A stretch of 64,000 nt of DNA from NCBI RefSeq assembly GCF_024521635.1, contig NW_026250408.1, positions 124,001 through 188,000 on the forward strand. Direction: 5' to 3'. The notes under the pieces were generated by a model, which searched no databases, was not told the DNA's origin, and saw nothing but the letters and a program-made list of their open reading frames with translations. Shown one piece after another: positions 40,955-52,076 of this stretch (positions within the stretch are counted from its first letter, which is position 1; each line of letters starts with the position of its first letter). Position numbers and translations under genes: made by a program. Source of the stretch: Tricharina praecox (lineage: Eukaryota).

Positions 40955-43246
40955 CCCAGCAGCAGCCGCGGTTTTGAGTAGACAGGCTACATCCATCTAC
41001 AACTGTCTTCTTGTACGATACTTACCTTATACACGGCTATCGGCGTTTAAATGTGATGTGCAGAGTACAGAGTGGCTGCCCGGATCGTCGAAATTGTCGA
41101 GTACCTACACCGGTGGCCGGTGGGTGGGATAGGTGGATTACGCCGATATCGTTATCGAGTACCTACCAGGCAGGCCGATTCTCGCGGTAGGTACGCCGGT
41201 ACGTCTATACTTCTATACTTCTATGCTCACTTTGGTGCTGACGGTCCTAGTTTTATTGTGGAATTGGACTTGATTAGTCGGCGTAGAAGCTCGGCGCAAG
41301 GGTCGTAACCCTACCCTTCGTACAGTCTTCGTCACCCACGATCCACGGTCCACGGCCCACAACCAACCCTTCGTACCGTCTTCCCCACCCACCACTTCTT
41401 TCTCCTTTCACATCACTTCTTCCTTCTTTCACATCACAACACAACCCAACTTAATACAACTTAATACAATACAACAACACAACTATTTGCCGCTGTTCAA
41501 GCAGGCCGCCGATGGACGGGCGGCAATGGACGCTGATTCCCCAGATGGAAGAGGCCACCAGTCGATCAGCTCGATCCTGAACAACAATCATGCCGGCACC
41601 ACTGGTGAGGATGTTCCCATCGAGTCGAGTCTACTCGCTCTTGGGATTGTTAACAGTGCCGAATTGACCCCGGACCCGGATATACTTTCGCTCTCGCTGC
41701 TCCATCTTCGCCCTGCCCCTTTACCTTCTCCATCTCATTGCCCGGATCCAACTCCGACCAATGAGATGGAGAAGGACGCACATGACACCCAAGATCTACC
41801 ACGGTGGTGCTGCGAGCCGCGACCACCATCGCCAGGCAATCGCTGGCGGATACATGGCGGCCGCGGACACAGGAGGTCCCCCAGGGGGTCCCCCAGGGGG
41901 TGGAGGAGTGGGGGGTGGAGGGGGGGCCCCAGCTCCCTCCCTCCCCGTTCACTCCCTTACTTTCTACTTCGCATTTCGGCTTGTCACACGCTTCCACCGA
42001 CAACCTACAGGTATTTACAGTCCATCTCCCCCTACCACTTTCTCTCCACCTGCTAGCCCGACGAAAGGTATAAGTACCTAGCTGTCCGGGCTGAGTTGGC
42101 TGTGTTTACTATAGCGGTGCTGACACGGACGCCTGGAAGCAGCAGCTGCAGTTCACCTCAAGCCGAGCAGGTTCCTTCTACGCGGGATATCATCGAAGAA
42201 GTCACGATGATTCCCGCAACTTCCTTTCGACGCCGTTTGATGATGGCCGTTGCTATCATGTTTGCTGTATCTACGGATTGCTCGGGATCAGCGACGAAAA
42301 CGGAATCCGGCTGCTACACGACATTCTATTCACCGACCCAACGTTCGTGAAGCACTTCGCCCAGTTCCAGGGCATGTGGGAGCACCGGAACGACCGCAAG
42401 AGTCAGCATTCAACGATGATATCCCACACATAGCCCTTGGGCCATGGTGGCAGAGATTTATCATTTATCCGAACCAGTTGAGTACCTACCTTCTTCGATC
42501 CTATGATCTGTCGTCCGCGACTTGTCTAACCTCTTCATCCAGCACCGGAGGAGAGAAGTCAGGTTCGCGGTGGTCGCGCCGTCGATATTAGAATAGTTCC
42601 TCTTCCCGTAGTAATACTGCATACATACCAATATAATACATTACAGTTAAATTCTCTGATCGCCTGTGATGTAATCTTCCAACAAGTCTACCATTAGCGA
42701 TGGGAAAATCACATGCATAAGTACTAGGTAGTACCAGCAATCATCCACTGCACATGCACAGCAAATATGGACGCAAATTCCGTCCATCCTCGCCCTCGAA
42801 GCGAGCAGGCATGTGAAAAAGTATTTGACTGTGGGATGAGTGGTTGGTCGATGAAGGAATCATGCCAGATAAAGGGCTGGAGGGTAAGTAGTGGCACGAT
42901 CTTTGATAGTAGAGTGTGTAAATTGCTCTATCTAGCTGGAACAAATCATTACTGCACGTAGTTTTATCTGTTCAACAGGTACCTATCTATCTTACGGTGC
43001 ATGGGTACACAGGTGAAAGTCGGTTTTCCGACTATTGTTCAGATCTGCATACGATATCACTCACGCACATTGCTGCAGCGAGGTGGGGTAAATATCGAAA
43101 CACTTGTGAGCGAAGGTTAGGAAGGAGACAAAGAGAAGGAAAGAGAGGTGGTCCACAGCGGAGGTGTTCGCGGATGAGTGGTGCAGCGATGCAATTCTAC
43201 AGTTCCTTGCAACGCCGGATATGGGGAGGAAACCTTCGCCAGGCCT

Positions 43247-43293
43247 GGAGGAGGAGGAGGAGGAGGAGGAGGAGGAGGAGGAGGAGGAGGAGG
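43247..43293. repeat. (GAG)n microsatellite
   Basis: Directly visible. Confidence 0.85.
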
Positions 43294-43432
43294 AAAGCAT
43301 CGCATCGGGGGTAGATCATGAGTGCTTAGCAGGATACCGTGTCTGCATCTTGTGCAGGGAGGTGAGGGGCGACGAAATGTGATTGTCTGTTCTTGGTGCA
43401 AAAAAAATTGATGTTCCCTCTATCTCTCTCTA

Positions 43433-43780
43433 GATGATACTCTCATGCAAGCGTTTGAGCAGCCTCGTCCGCAGCAACCACGGCATATCAAGAACAACAA
43501 CAAAAACAGCAGGAAAGGCAGCACCTTCCGGGAACGATTAAGGGCGCGTAGGAGCTCCCTTGCTTCGCCGGGCCCAGAGGAGGAATAGCCCAAGCCCAAG
43601 AAACGGCGGGGATGGGGCCTCCAGCTCAGCGTATTGACGACGATCCTCCATATGGGCTACCGCACCCCGGCCTCGGACGGATTGGAGTCGAAAGAGGATC
43701 TGCAATCGCCACCGCGCTGCGACGAGGACGCGATCGCCGACATCGTCGGCTACCTCCGCAGCAACGACGCCGCCACACCC
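43433..43780 (+). pseudogene. 348-bp duplicated internal fragment of the CBM48 gene (source 34269-34616)
   Basis: Colinear copy including MGYRTPASDGLESKEDLQSPPR.DEDAIADIVGYLRSNDAATP, with a CAG>TAG nonsense change at ~43586. Confidence 0.92.
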
Positions 43781-46061
43781 GGAGCACGTGGCTGGATCTA
43801 CAGACTACAGCGGATCCCCCGAACCTGTCGACTCTCGAGTATCACCAGCCGCCGGTGGGATAAGTGGATTGCGCCAATCGATTCTCGAGTACTACGCAAG
43901 CTGGCACTGCGTACTTCTATACTTCTATACCCACTCTGCCTCTGTCTCTCGCTCTGGCGGTCCTATTTCTGTAATTTGTATTGTGGAATTCGATTGGATT
44001 AGTCGGCGTAGAGCCTCGGCGTGCATAGAAGCTCGGCGGGAGGGCCGCAACCCTACCCTTCGTACAGCCTTCGACGTGTGTGACATTCGTCACACACGGT
44101 CCACGGTCCACGGTCCACCTCCTACTCTTCGTACCGTCTTCCTCACCCGCCACCTCTTCCTTCTTTCACATTACAACACGATAATACAACATAATAAAAC
44201 AATAATAAAGCAAGAAAACAACAGCAATTAGCGCTACAACAACGAAAACCAGCGTCACTAAGAAGTTGAAGAAGGAGCTCCCGAAGGTCCAGTGCATAGT
44301 GTGCGTGATGATACCTCCGTAAGTTCCTGACTTCCTGACTTTCGGCTTATACCTGCGACACATTCATTACCCGACACCCTCAATGCTCCCTCCTCCACAG
44401 GACTCTCAATGCTGATGCTGACGGGTCGCCTCTGGAACAAAGTGCGGAGGTCACGGATCTAACAAGCCGTAATCGAGACTACCAATCGTCGGAAGATCGC
44501 AGAAAAAAGAGTATGGTGGGATCAAGTTGGGAAGACGCAAAGTATGTTTGAGAGTGTTGGGCTTTTGTGAGATCGGGGTTTAGTTTTCAGTCTTGGCCTG
44601 TTTTCAAAGTACGACCGGATCAGAGATCTTTTTACAGCTGATATCTCGGCCTCAAATTTCATGCTTGAAGCATTGGAGGAGAGAAGTCCAACACTCCCTA
44701 CATAGCTACATAGCTATTGGAGCTTCGCAAACACATCACCCCACAACTACCGCCTCCTCCTCCAGCTCCTCCAGCTCCAGTCGGACCGCGCCCAATGGAT
44801 CACAACGATCCATTGCACTCTGGCAACTTACATTCCAGCGGTGCTTCCCAGGCGGGGGGGGGGAGCGACATCATATGGGGGGCTGCTAGCCTCGGCTGCA
44901 GAATGGCGTAAGTACATCCTCTACCCAGCTGGCCGAACTGCTTTGGATGTATTTCCTATAGCGGCGCTGACCATACCGACTGCCAGATGAACGCCTGTCT
45001 GGGCATAAGCCCGCATCAGGGAAAAAAAATCCGTTGGGTGCGTGTAGACGGTCCTGACTCTGGTAACGCTGGGAATGTCCTCGAGCTATTGCATAGAGTG
45101 AATGCCTAGTTATTTCCAGTATGAACGACCAATTCCCAAGGCTGGGCTATGATGGAGGAGGCCGCGCAGCCTCCCTCACCGTAGACGACCTGCCGGCCGC
45201 TGCGTTCTCGCTGCACAACACAATAAAACAACTACGACCATACAATCATCCTCAATAACACAATGGGCCTTGGGCCTTGGTGGCGGAGATTTATCATTTA
45301 TCCGAACCAGTTGAGTACCTATCTACTCCGATCCTATGATCTGTTGCCCGCTTCTTCTCTAACATCTACACCCAGCACCGGAGGAGAGAAGTCATGTTGG
45401 CGGTAGTCGCGCCGTCTATATTCGAATAGGTACCTAGTTCTTATTCCCATAACATGCTACATACATACCCATACAATAGAATACACTTCAAATCTCTGAT
45501 CACCTTTGATATAATTTTTCAATAAGTCCACCACCAGCTATTGGGTGGAGGTAGGCCGGCTGATGATGGAGGACTACGGTAAGGTGATAGCTAGGTATGG
45601 CTGGTATTGGCACAACTCGGAGTATAGTATGTACACTTCCGTAGCTAAGACAAATCTTTATTGCAGGTATTTTGATCTGTTAAATAGTTACCCATCTATC
45701 CTACGATGCCTGGGTATGCAAGTGTAATCCGGATTCCCGAGTATTGCTCTGCATGAGATATCAGTCACGCGCATGGACCACCACTGGCACCGATTTCTTG
45801 TAGTGCACCTTACGGACGGGACTTTTAGAATCCCATCCGGTAGGGAGGTAGGTAGATCCACTGAAAAACCCTCCGACGGAGTGTGGTATATCTCCACGAT
45901 GGATCTATCCCCTCTTTTGAGTTGTGGAGCCGAGAGTCAATGCTAGAAATCATCATTTCCCCAACCAGCTAATATCGAACGGTGAACCCCACCGCCGATG
46001 AGCATCCCCAACCATAAGTTCCCGAGAGCTTCAGGCTGCCTCTATGTACGGCTGGAAGCAA

Positions 46062-46808
46062 TTAGTACTCCACAGGTCCAAACCACAAATATTCCGACAC
46101 GATGAGAGTGAGTCCACTCGCAACTCCAATCGCGACTCCCGCGACTCCCGCCTAGAGAAAAAAAGGCTGTCAGCATAATACATCCCTACCCACCGAGTCC
46201 CCCGCTCAAAACACACCTTTTGTTCCCTCCCCCACCCCGCTCTCAGCGGCTCAAGCAAGAAGACCACCAGTCCCGCAAGATAGAGTATGATACACATTCC
46301 GAGGAAGGTATGCGCCAGTCCCAACGAGAAGACACAGATGCCCCTCCATAGCACGCCGGTGCGCGTCTCGAATACGCGCAGAACCTTCTCGATCCGGTTC
46401 AGTGACATGGCGTGCGCCTCCACCGAGCCCAGGTAGATCGACGCGAAGCCCGTGAATATCGACGCGTACCAGAACGCCAGCACTGTCCAGTGCGCTGTCG
46501 CGATGGCGCCGAACTGGAGGCTTGTCGCCACGACTGCTACGACGAGGGATGCCTAGAACATCACGTCAGCAATCGAACCGAACCTCCGCGGTGGAGGCGG
46601 GGGTATGGTGACAAACCACAACGCCGACAGATCGCATGTATTCGTTTCGCCAGTCTAGAAATTCCTTGATCGCGGCGCCGCGTGGACCGCCGTCGTTCAC
46701 GATGGCTTCCAGTTTTATGTACAGGACTTTGAAGAGAGGCATGGTGTTGAAAAAGGGATGTATCGGTTGCGAGCGCGGTGTTCTTGCCATCGCTGTCGGC
46801 GTTGACAT
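46062..46808 (-). CDS. Uncharacterised small multi-pass (about 4 TM) membrane protein, 3 exons
   Basis: Spliced product ...NEYMRSVGVV|ASLVVAVVATSLQF...AHWTVLAFWYASIF...FLGMCIILYLAGLVVFLL...GREQK|AGVAGVAIGVASGLTLIVSEYLWFGPVEY*. Start codon uncertain. Confidence 0.65.
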
Positions 46809-47613
46809 TGCTGCTATAGTCGTTGCAGAAGGGCCCAATTAACTGGGCAATGAGGGATCCAAGGTCGACGATATCTGTATACGATGATCAGTAGTTATGC
46901 ACTGCTATGTACGGACCTTTTTTTTTGACAAGCGTAAAGGGGCCAGATGATCCCATGAATCTCCCCGCCGAGACTTGCATTATTCCGCAGTTGTCGGATA
47001 CGATGGGGTATGGATTGTACTAGTAGCTGTCATGTGTCTACCTGTCATTGACGATGTTTCAGAGTCAGCTGTAGTTAGAACTTTGGCATCCGAGATTTTG
47101 TGAGATGTGACTGGACATGATGTCTCACTCCCGTCACCATCCATTCCGGTCGAATATGCAGGATGCTGGGTCAAGTTGCGGTTCGGTCCTGGATCGTTCA
47201 GTGACTAATTACTAGTAACTGCTATGCAACCCATTCCTTTCATGCCGTATGTAGATTATTTTCTGCGCATAATCTACGGATTAGTTAGACCAACCCCCGC
47301 AACCTTTAAATAAGGCATTATCGGATGAAAGCTTGTGGAGAACGATGGGTTTGTGCGCCCAGAACGGCCCCGGACACCAGGAACCACTGGCTGCTCAGCT
47401 CTAGCCGTCGCATACAGTCGCCATGTCCAATGTCTCAGGAAGGATTTCGACTCTCATTGGACTTTATTGGACGAAAATTGTTTGAGGACGCTGAGTTCAA
47501 GTCTAGGCAACGGCCGCTTTCGCCGGTGGTGATAGGATATGACGCTAAGAGGGACCTCGCCAGGCTAGTCCGCGTAGAATTTAGAGGGCTCGACTGACTG
47601 AAGGCACGACCAT

Positions 47614-47733
47614 CTGACAGGCTTGACAGGCCCGACCAACTTCGAAACCTGACAGGCCCGGATAACTGACAGACCCGAATACCGAATACCTGACAGGCCC
47701 GACTAACTTACACACCTGACAGGCCCGAATACC
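47614..47733. repeat. Irregularly spaced TGACAGGCCCGA-type motif, ~6 copies
   Basis: Directly visible; resembles transposon subterminal repeats. Confidence 0.6.
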
Positions 47734-48182
47734 TAGACGGCCACTCAGCTAGTGATGATCAAACAAAAAAACCGCCTGCAGCGCAAGGCGTGTCACATGA
47801 TACGTTCGCGTGATATCTAGTGCTTCACTGGTGATGCGAAAAACAAAAACCATCACCACCTCGAGAGGTTCTCGGTCATAGCCAAGTCACTTACTGGTAA
47901 CAGATATCCCAGATACGTAGTTATAGTCAATTCTCACGAGACAATTGTAGCTAAACCCCTCAAATGTATCAAGATTTCCATGGTCCTAGATCCAGGACGT
48001 TTTGCCGCGCTGTTTCGATCGGTTAGAATTCCGTCCAAGCAGGTATCATCGGAGAGAATTGTATGGATATGAACAGTAGACGGAACTGTGGAGTTGAGGC
48101 ACAGGTCACTTGACGGATACTGATAAGTCCTCTTTCCAACTGGCAGTGAAAGCAGTTTATAGTAACAATCAAACTACCTAGG

Positions 48183-49667
48183 TTATAAATCACAAACAAG
48201 CTGCACTAACTGAAAGTCTGACGCCTGAAAAATAAATTGAAATGCCTACAATATAATCCACCCGCTAACTGAACCAGTTCGTTGGCTCCAATATTCACAG
48301 CCCTGCACTCACCTCCGAGATGTGATGCCGCACGATCTCAAAGGTTGAATCCTGAGGGCTACTAAACTTGACGATGTTGGAATGGTCTTCGTGTACCGGA
48401 ATCGCGACCTCCGAATCGCCCGGCAGGTCAAGCAAAGCCGAGTCATTAGCCACCGGAAAAAACCAGTCACCACTCCTACTAAAACCACCACTCGGACCCT
48501 ATTCACGATTACTATGCGATAGATGAATGTACCCTCGGTAGTGCCGGGAACGTACCTTGACCAACTTTCGGGACTTCTTGGTCTCATAGAAGCTGAAAAC
48601 CTTGAACTTCCCTACCGCAGCGATTCCGATGAAGCCTTCCAGTTCAGTTCGTAGTTCCTGCGAGCTCGTATCGATCGATTCCACTAGCCGCGTTCTTTCC
48701 GGCTGTTCATTTCTATCCACCATACTCAGGATATCTTCCGTCAAAAGTCCGCGATGTGGCGTGCCGAAGAACATGATGCCGCGAGTGGCGGTGAAGATCG
48801 CATATTGCGTAGGATCGGCAAATTTTTCAGCTCTGGCCGCGGATACTAAAGTCTGCGAGAAACGTTGATTCATCCGTCAGTGTCCAAGTACCTAACCTAG
48901 CACGGTGTGGCGCAACTTACTTGAGCCACGATGATACCACCAAAGCTGTGACAAATGAAGATAAGTGGCCGATCCGTAGACTAAATCCCACTATTAGCCG
49001 TATCATAGTAGCCGGGAAAGCATTTACATACCTCCGTCAATCTTCGCGTCATTTTGAGATCCTCTATAAACGCACGTTTATAGTCTAGTATCCTGTGCAT
49101 GCCCACGGTGCTCCCTAGTTTGGAGTCGTAGCCGTATATCATTGTTCTGCAAGTGGGAAAACTTTCCGAGAGGAAGTCGCGAAGCCACATCTTTCCGGAT
49201 TCTCTTGACCTCCAAGATCCGTAGGCATGGCCGTCGAGGCCCGTGACGGCGACGATACTATGGGCGACATCCATAAGTACGCAATTGCATCGGCATTATC
49301 CTAGCTAACTAGCGTCGCTAGTGGAGGCTTACTCGGCAGTGACAGCAACTCCTTTCGTTGTGGGATAGAGCTGTGTGAGTCCATGAAAATTCCTGTCGAA
49401 CAACAGCTGTCCCTTCTCAGTATCAATCAGGACGCTGTCGCGATTTCTGATCATCTCTTCTAGAGATGTCGGTGCTTTTGGTAGGAAGGTAACCAGCGCA
49501 ACGTCAATGACATCGTGCGAGTAACACCCGGGGGAAATCATCGCCTGGATCTGGATGGTTCCATCCTCGGAGAAGAGCTTCTCGAGTGCCGTGACCAATT
49601 CCTGTTCGGTGAGGGGGCGTTTGATCCCGGTGGCTCTGTAGACTGCTGGACGTGATGATGGTGCCAT
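48183..49667 (-). CDS. Stand-alone SesB/SERAC1-like alpha/beta-hydrolase (NLR N-terminal effector type), ~6 exons
   Basis: IVAVTGLDGHAYGSW, MWLRDFL, TMIYGYDSKL, RPLIFICHSFGGII (nucleophile elbow), GIMFFGTPHRG, FSFYET, EDHSNIVKF. The last short exon (48245-48183) is tentative. Confidence 0.85.
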
Positions 49668-49864
49668 GATGTTGTTTGTATGTGTCTCTGACTGTTTTTA
49701 CCTGCCTATCGACGGTGGGACCGACAGTTGTGAGGGTGAGTCCCCTGGGACCCCCGCTCTTCGAAAAGGTGGGGAAGTTACCTGCTTCATGCGCGGCAAT
49801 GGATGCGGGCGCAATGACGCTAGTACGAAGATGGCCACAGCCAGGTGATACTCAGTGACTCGCA

Positions 49865-50135
49865 TCCTGACGGCGACAGTCAAGTGAAGAATTGTGAGCG
49901 GTGGATTGTGAGTCTGCAGTTTGGGTTCAGGGGTTATCAATGATGTTCTACCTCGATTCCAGTAGCAATGCGAACAAGAATGCGGCCTTTGCGTGGTTTG
50001 ATCTGGCCAAGGGCAAGAGCGGTCAACCGTCCGTGCAGTCCGTCTTTGTTGTTGCCCGAGACGGGACGGAATTACTCGGGCTGAGGAGAAGAACTATAGT
50101 CGTCCGGGCTGGCGAATTGAGGATAGATACCCTAT
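49865..50135 (-). mobile_element. Second degenerate fragment related to the Copia gag 3' end
   Basis: Shares CGGCGACAGTCAA..GAAGAATTGTGAGCGGTGGAT and ATGCGAACA..GGTTTGATCTG..CAAGGGC with 51117-51230. Confidence 0.6.
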
Positions 50136-50687
50136 AGGGTCTCGAATGGACTAGGATATATGTATGCAGTGAGGAGACTCAGCGGCAAAGCCTTTCATCC
50201 TTACCAGTAACTATCCCCTACATGCCGGGGCGGTTGTAACTTTGTTAAAGTATAGTAGAGTACATGCGCATGCCCGATCGAAAAGCGCCACCGCATTTGC
50301 ACGATTGCTTCGGGGAACGTTTTATTGAAGTCCGTACGGCTCGAATGCATATGATATCACTCGCTAGAAACATATCTGCTCCGACATGGATTAGATCAAA
50401 TTCATGTACTCGCAGCGTGTATATCGCTATGATCTAGTGTAGATTCTAGGGCGGTGAATAGGGCCTCCAGTCGGTCTTTGGGGATGTCTGACATGGGACG
50501 GAATTAATCGGGCGGAGGAGAACAAGAACTACATCCTTCCGGGCGGGCGAAATGAGGACGGATATTGTTGAAACGAGATGAAGATGTCAATTGCAACTAT
50601 GGATAGGGCGGTGTTTAAATACACAGTGAGCGGCCAAATTCTTGGTGCCGAGTCCATACTTTAAGGTTCCAGATGCTGAATCCACCT

Positions 50688-50848
50688 TTAGGTTCTGAAG
50701 CCGGATCCAGAATCTAGGTTCTGTCTTCCAATTGCTTGGCCGCCCATGGCGTCGCCAGAACCTACCTTAACATCGTCTAGGTTCTGCCATCCGATCGGTC
50801 GTCGCCAGAACCTGCCGTCGCCAGAACCTGCCGTCGCCGGAACCTGCC
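50688..50848. repeat. AGAACCTGCCGTCGCC tandem units with inverted AGGTTCTG copies
   Basis: Directly visible; ~3 direct 16-bp units and 3 inverted half-sites. Confidence 0.6.
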
Positions 50849-51116
50849 TCAACAGATACCCTACAGGGCCCGGGATGGACTGGGTCACATGGGGACTGCT
50901 GGCGGCGGCGCCCGAATGAAAAATTTTCAATATAAATACACAGGAATCTCAAATCCATCACAATGCCCGTGCCTACCACCCCCAGCACCGTTGTCTATCC
51001 CACGAGCCCACCCGAACCCTAGTCCTCTGGAAAACATGCCCGGGACGGGCCCGCCGTACAATCCACTAGCGTAGTGCTAGACTGTAGTCCGGACGGACGG
51101 TTCACTACCCTAACGT

Positions 51117-52076
51117 CGGCGACAGTCAAACGAAGAATTGTGAGCGGTGGATGATTATTCTGTCGTTTAGGTTTGGGATGCGAACATGAATTTGGCCTTG
51201 ATTTGGTTTGATCTGAACAAGGGCCGGGGGAATTGAGCTACTTCGTCCTTAGATGAGAGGCAGTGACGTCGCAGACGATCCCAGTTACTGTTGGAGCTAT
51301 TGAGGTGGTTCGGAAGAGACCCCCCATCAACTAGCTTTCTGTCGACCACTGCCTTGAGGAGGGCTATTGTGGTCTCGGCCGTTTCGAGATGGTACCGGGT
51401 CTTCAGCGCTTACCATGCTTCTGCGGCGGTTTGTGCCAATGCAGTGGTGGGGAGGATGGTGGGATCGACGGCCATGTTGATCATATGGTGTGCTTGGGCG
51501 GTGACGACATCCCATTTCCTAGCAGAAATGTCGGTCGCACGGGTGCCGGTAGCGGGGGTATCCAAGGTCTCAGGTGTTTTACCGATAATACTTTCGGTCT
51601 GTCGTACGAGTTCGCCGTTGACGATTTCCCACAAGCAGCATGCTTTAAAGGCAACGCTCCAGGTCCTGGCCCAGACGGCGTAGTTACTCTGGTCAAGGAG
51701 TTTTGGTAGGCTATCGAGGTCTAGCGAGGTGGCGTCAATGCTGGGGGCCATGGTTGCGGATTGGGGGGGGGGGGGGGGGGGTGGATCAATTCGGGACGGT
51801 GGGGTATGATTGTGGTCCTAATGCAGCAGGCCCGGGCTCATAACGTGCTGTCTGGACGGTGTGGGGAGAGGAGATCGTGCAGGGAGAGGACGCGGTATAG
51901 AGGGAGAGAGAGGGGGAGAGAGGGAGAGCTTATGAAGGACAATAGTTCCAATGGTGTATTAACTTCCCGACTCGATAAAGAACAGATGCAAAAGAACGGG
52001 CAACATGGTGAGGTTTATATAGGAGAAACAAAAGCCTAGGCCCTACTATAAATTTCCTGACATACGTCTTCCAACA
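51117..52076 (-). mobile_element. Truncated Ty1/Copia retrotransposon relic: 5' LTR (~52076-51846), PBS, disrupted gag
   Basis: LTR TGTTG..CAGCA followed by cGTTATGAGCCC (Copia-type GGTTATGRGCCC PBS). Gag LPKLLDQSNYAVWARTW..LWEIVNG..AHHMINMAV..TAAEAW*ALKTRY is UBN2-like with an in-frame stop. No pol. Confidence 0.8.

Larger units (their letters stand above)
35690..45780 (-). repeat. Right array of 4 degenerate units of the same repeat family, opposite orientation
   Basis: Reverse-complement core GAAGGGCCGCAACCCTACCCTTCGTACAGTC (with substitutions) at ~36844, 38716, 41298, 44040, with the same flanking modules. Limits approximate. Confidence 0.9.

Noticed and set aside
9660..45780. Starship or other autonomous giant transposon
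   Set aside because: No tyrosine-recombinase captain, transposase or Rep/helicase ORF visible in the window.
49890..49901. AATTGTGAGCGG resembling the lac operator (also ~51137)
   Set aside because: Only half-matches, lies in the duplicated Copia-derived segment, and has no vector context.
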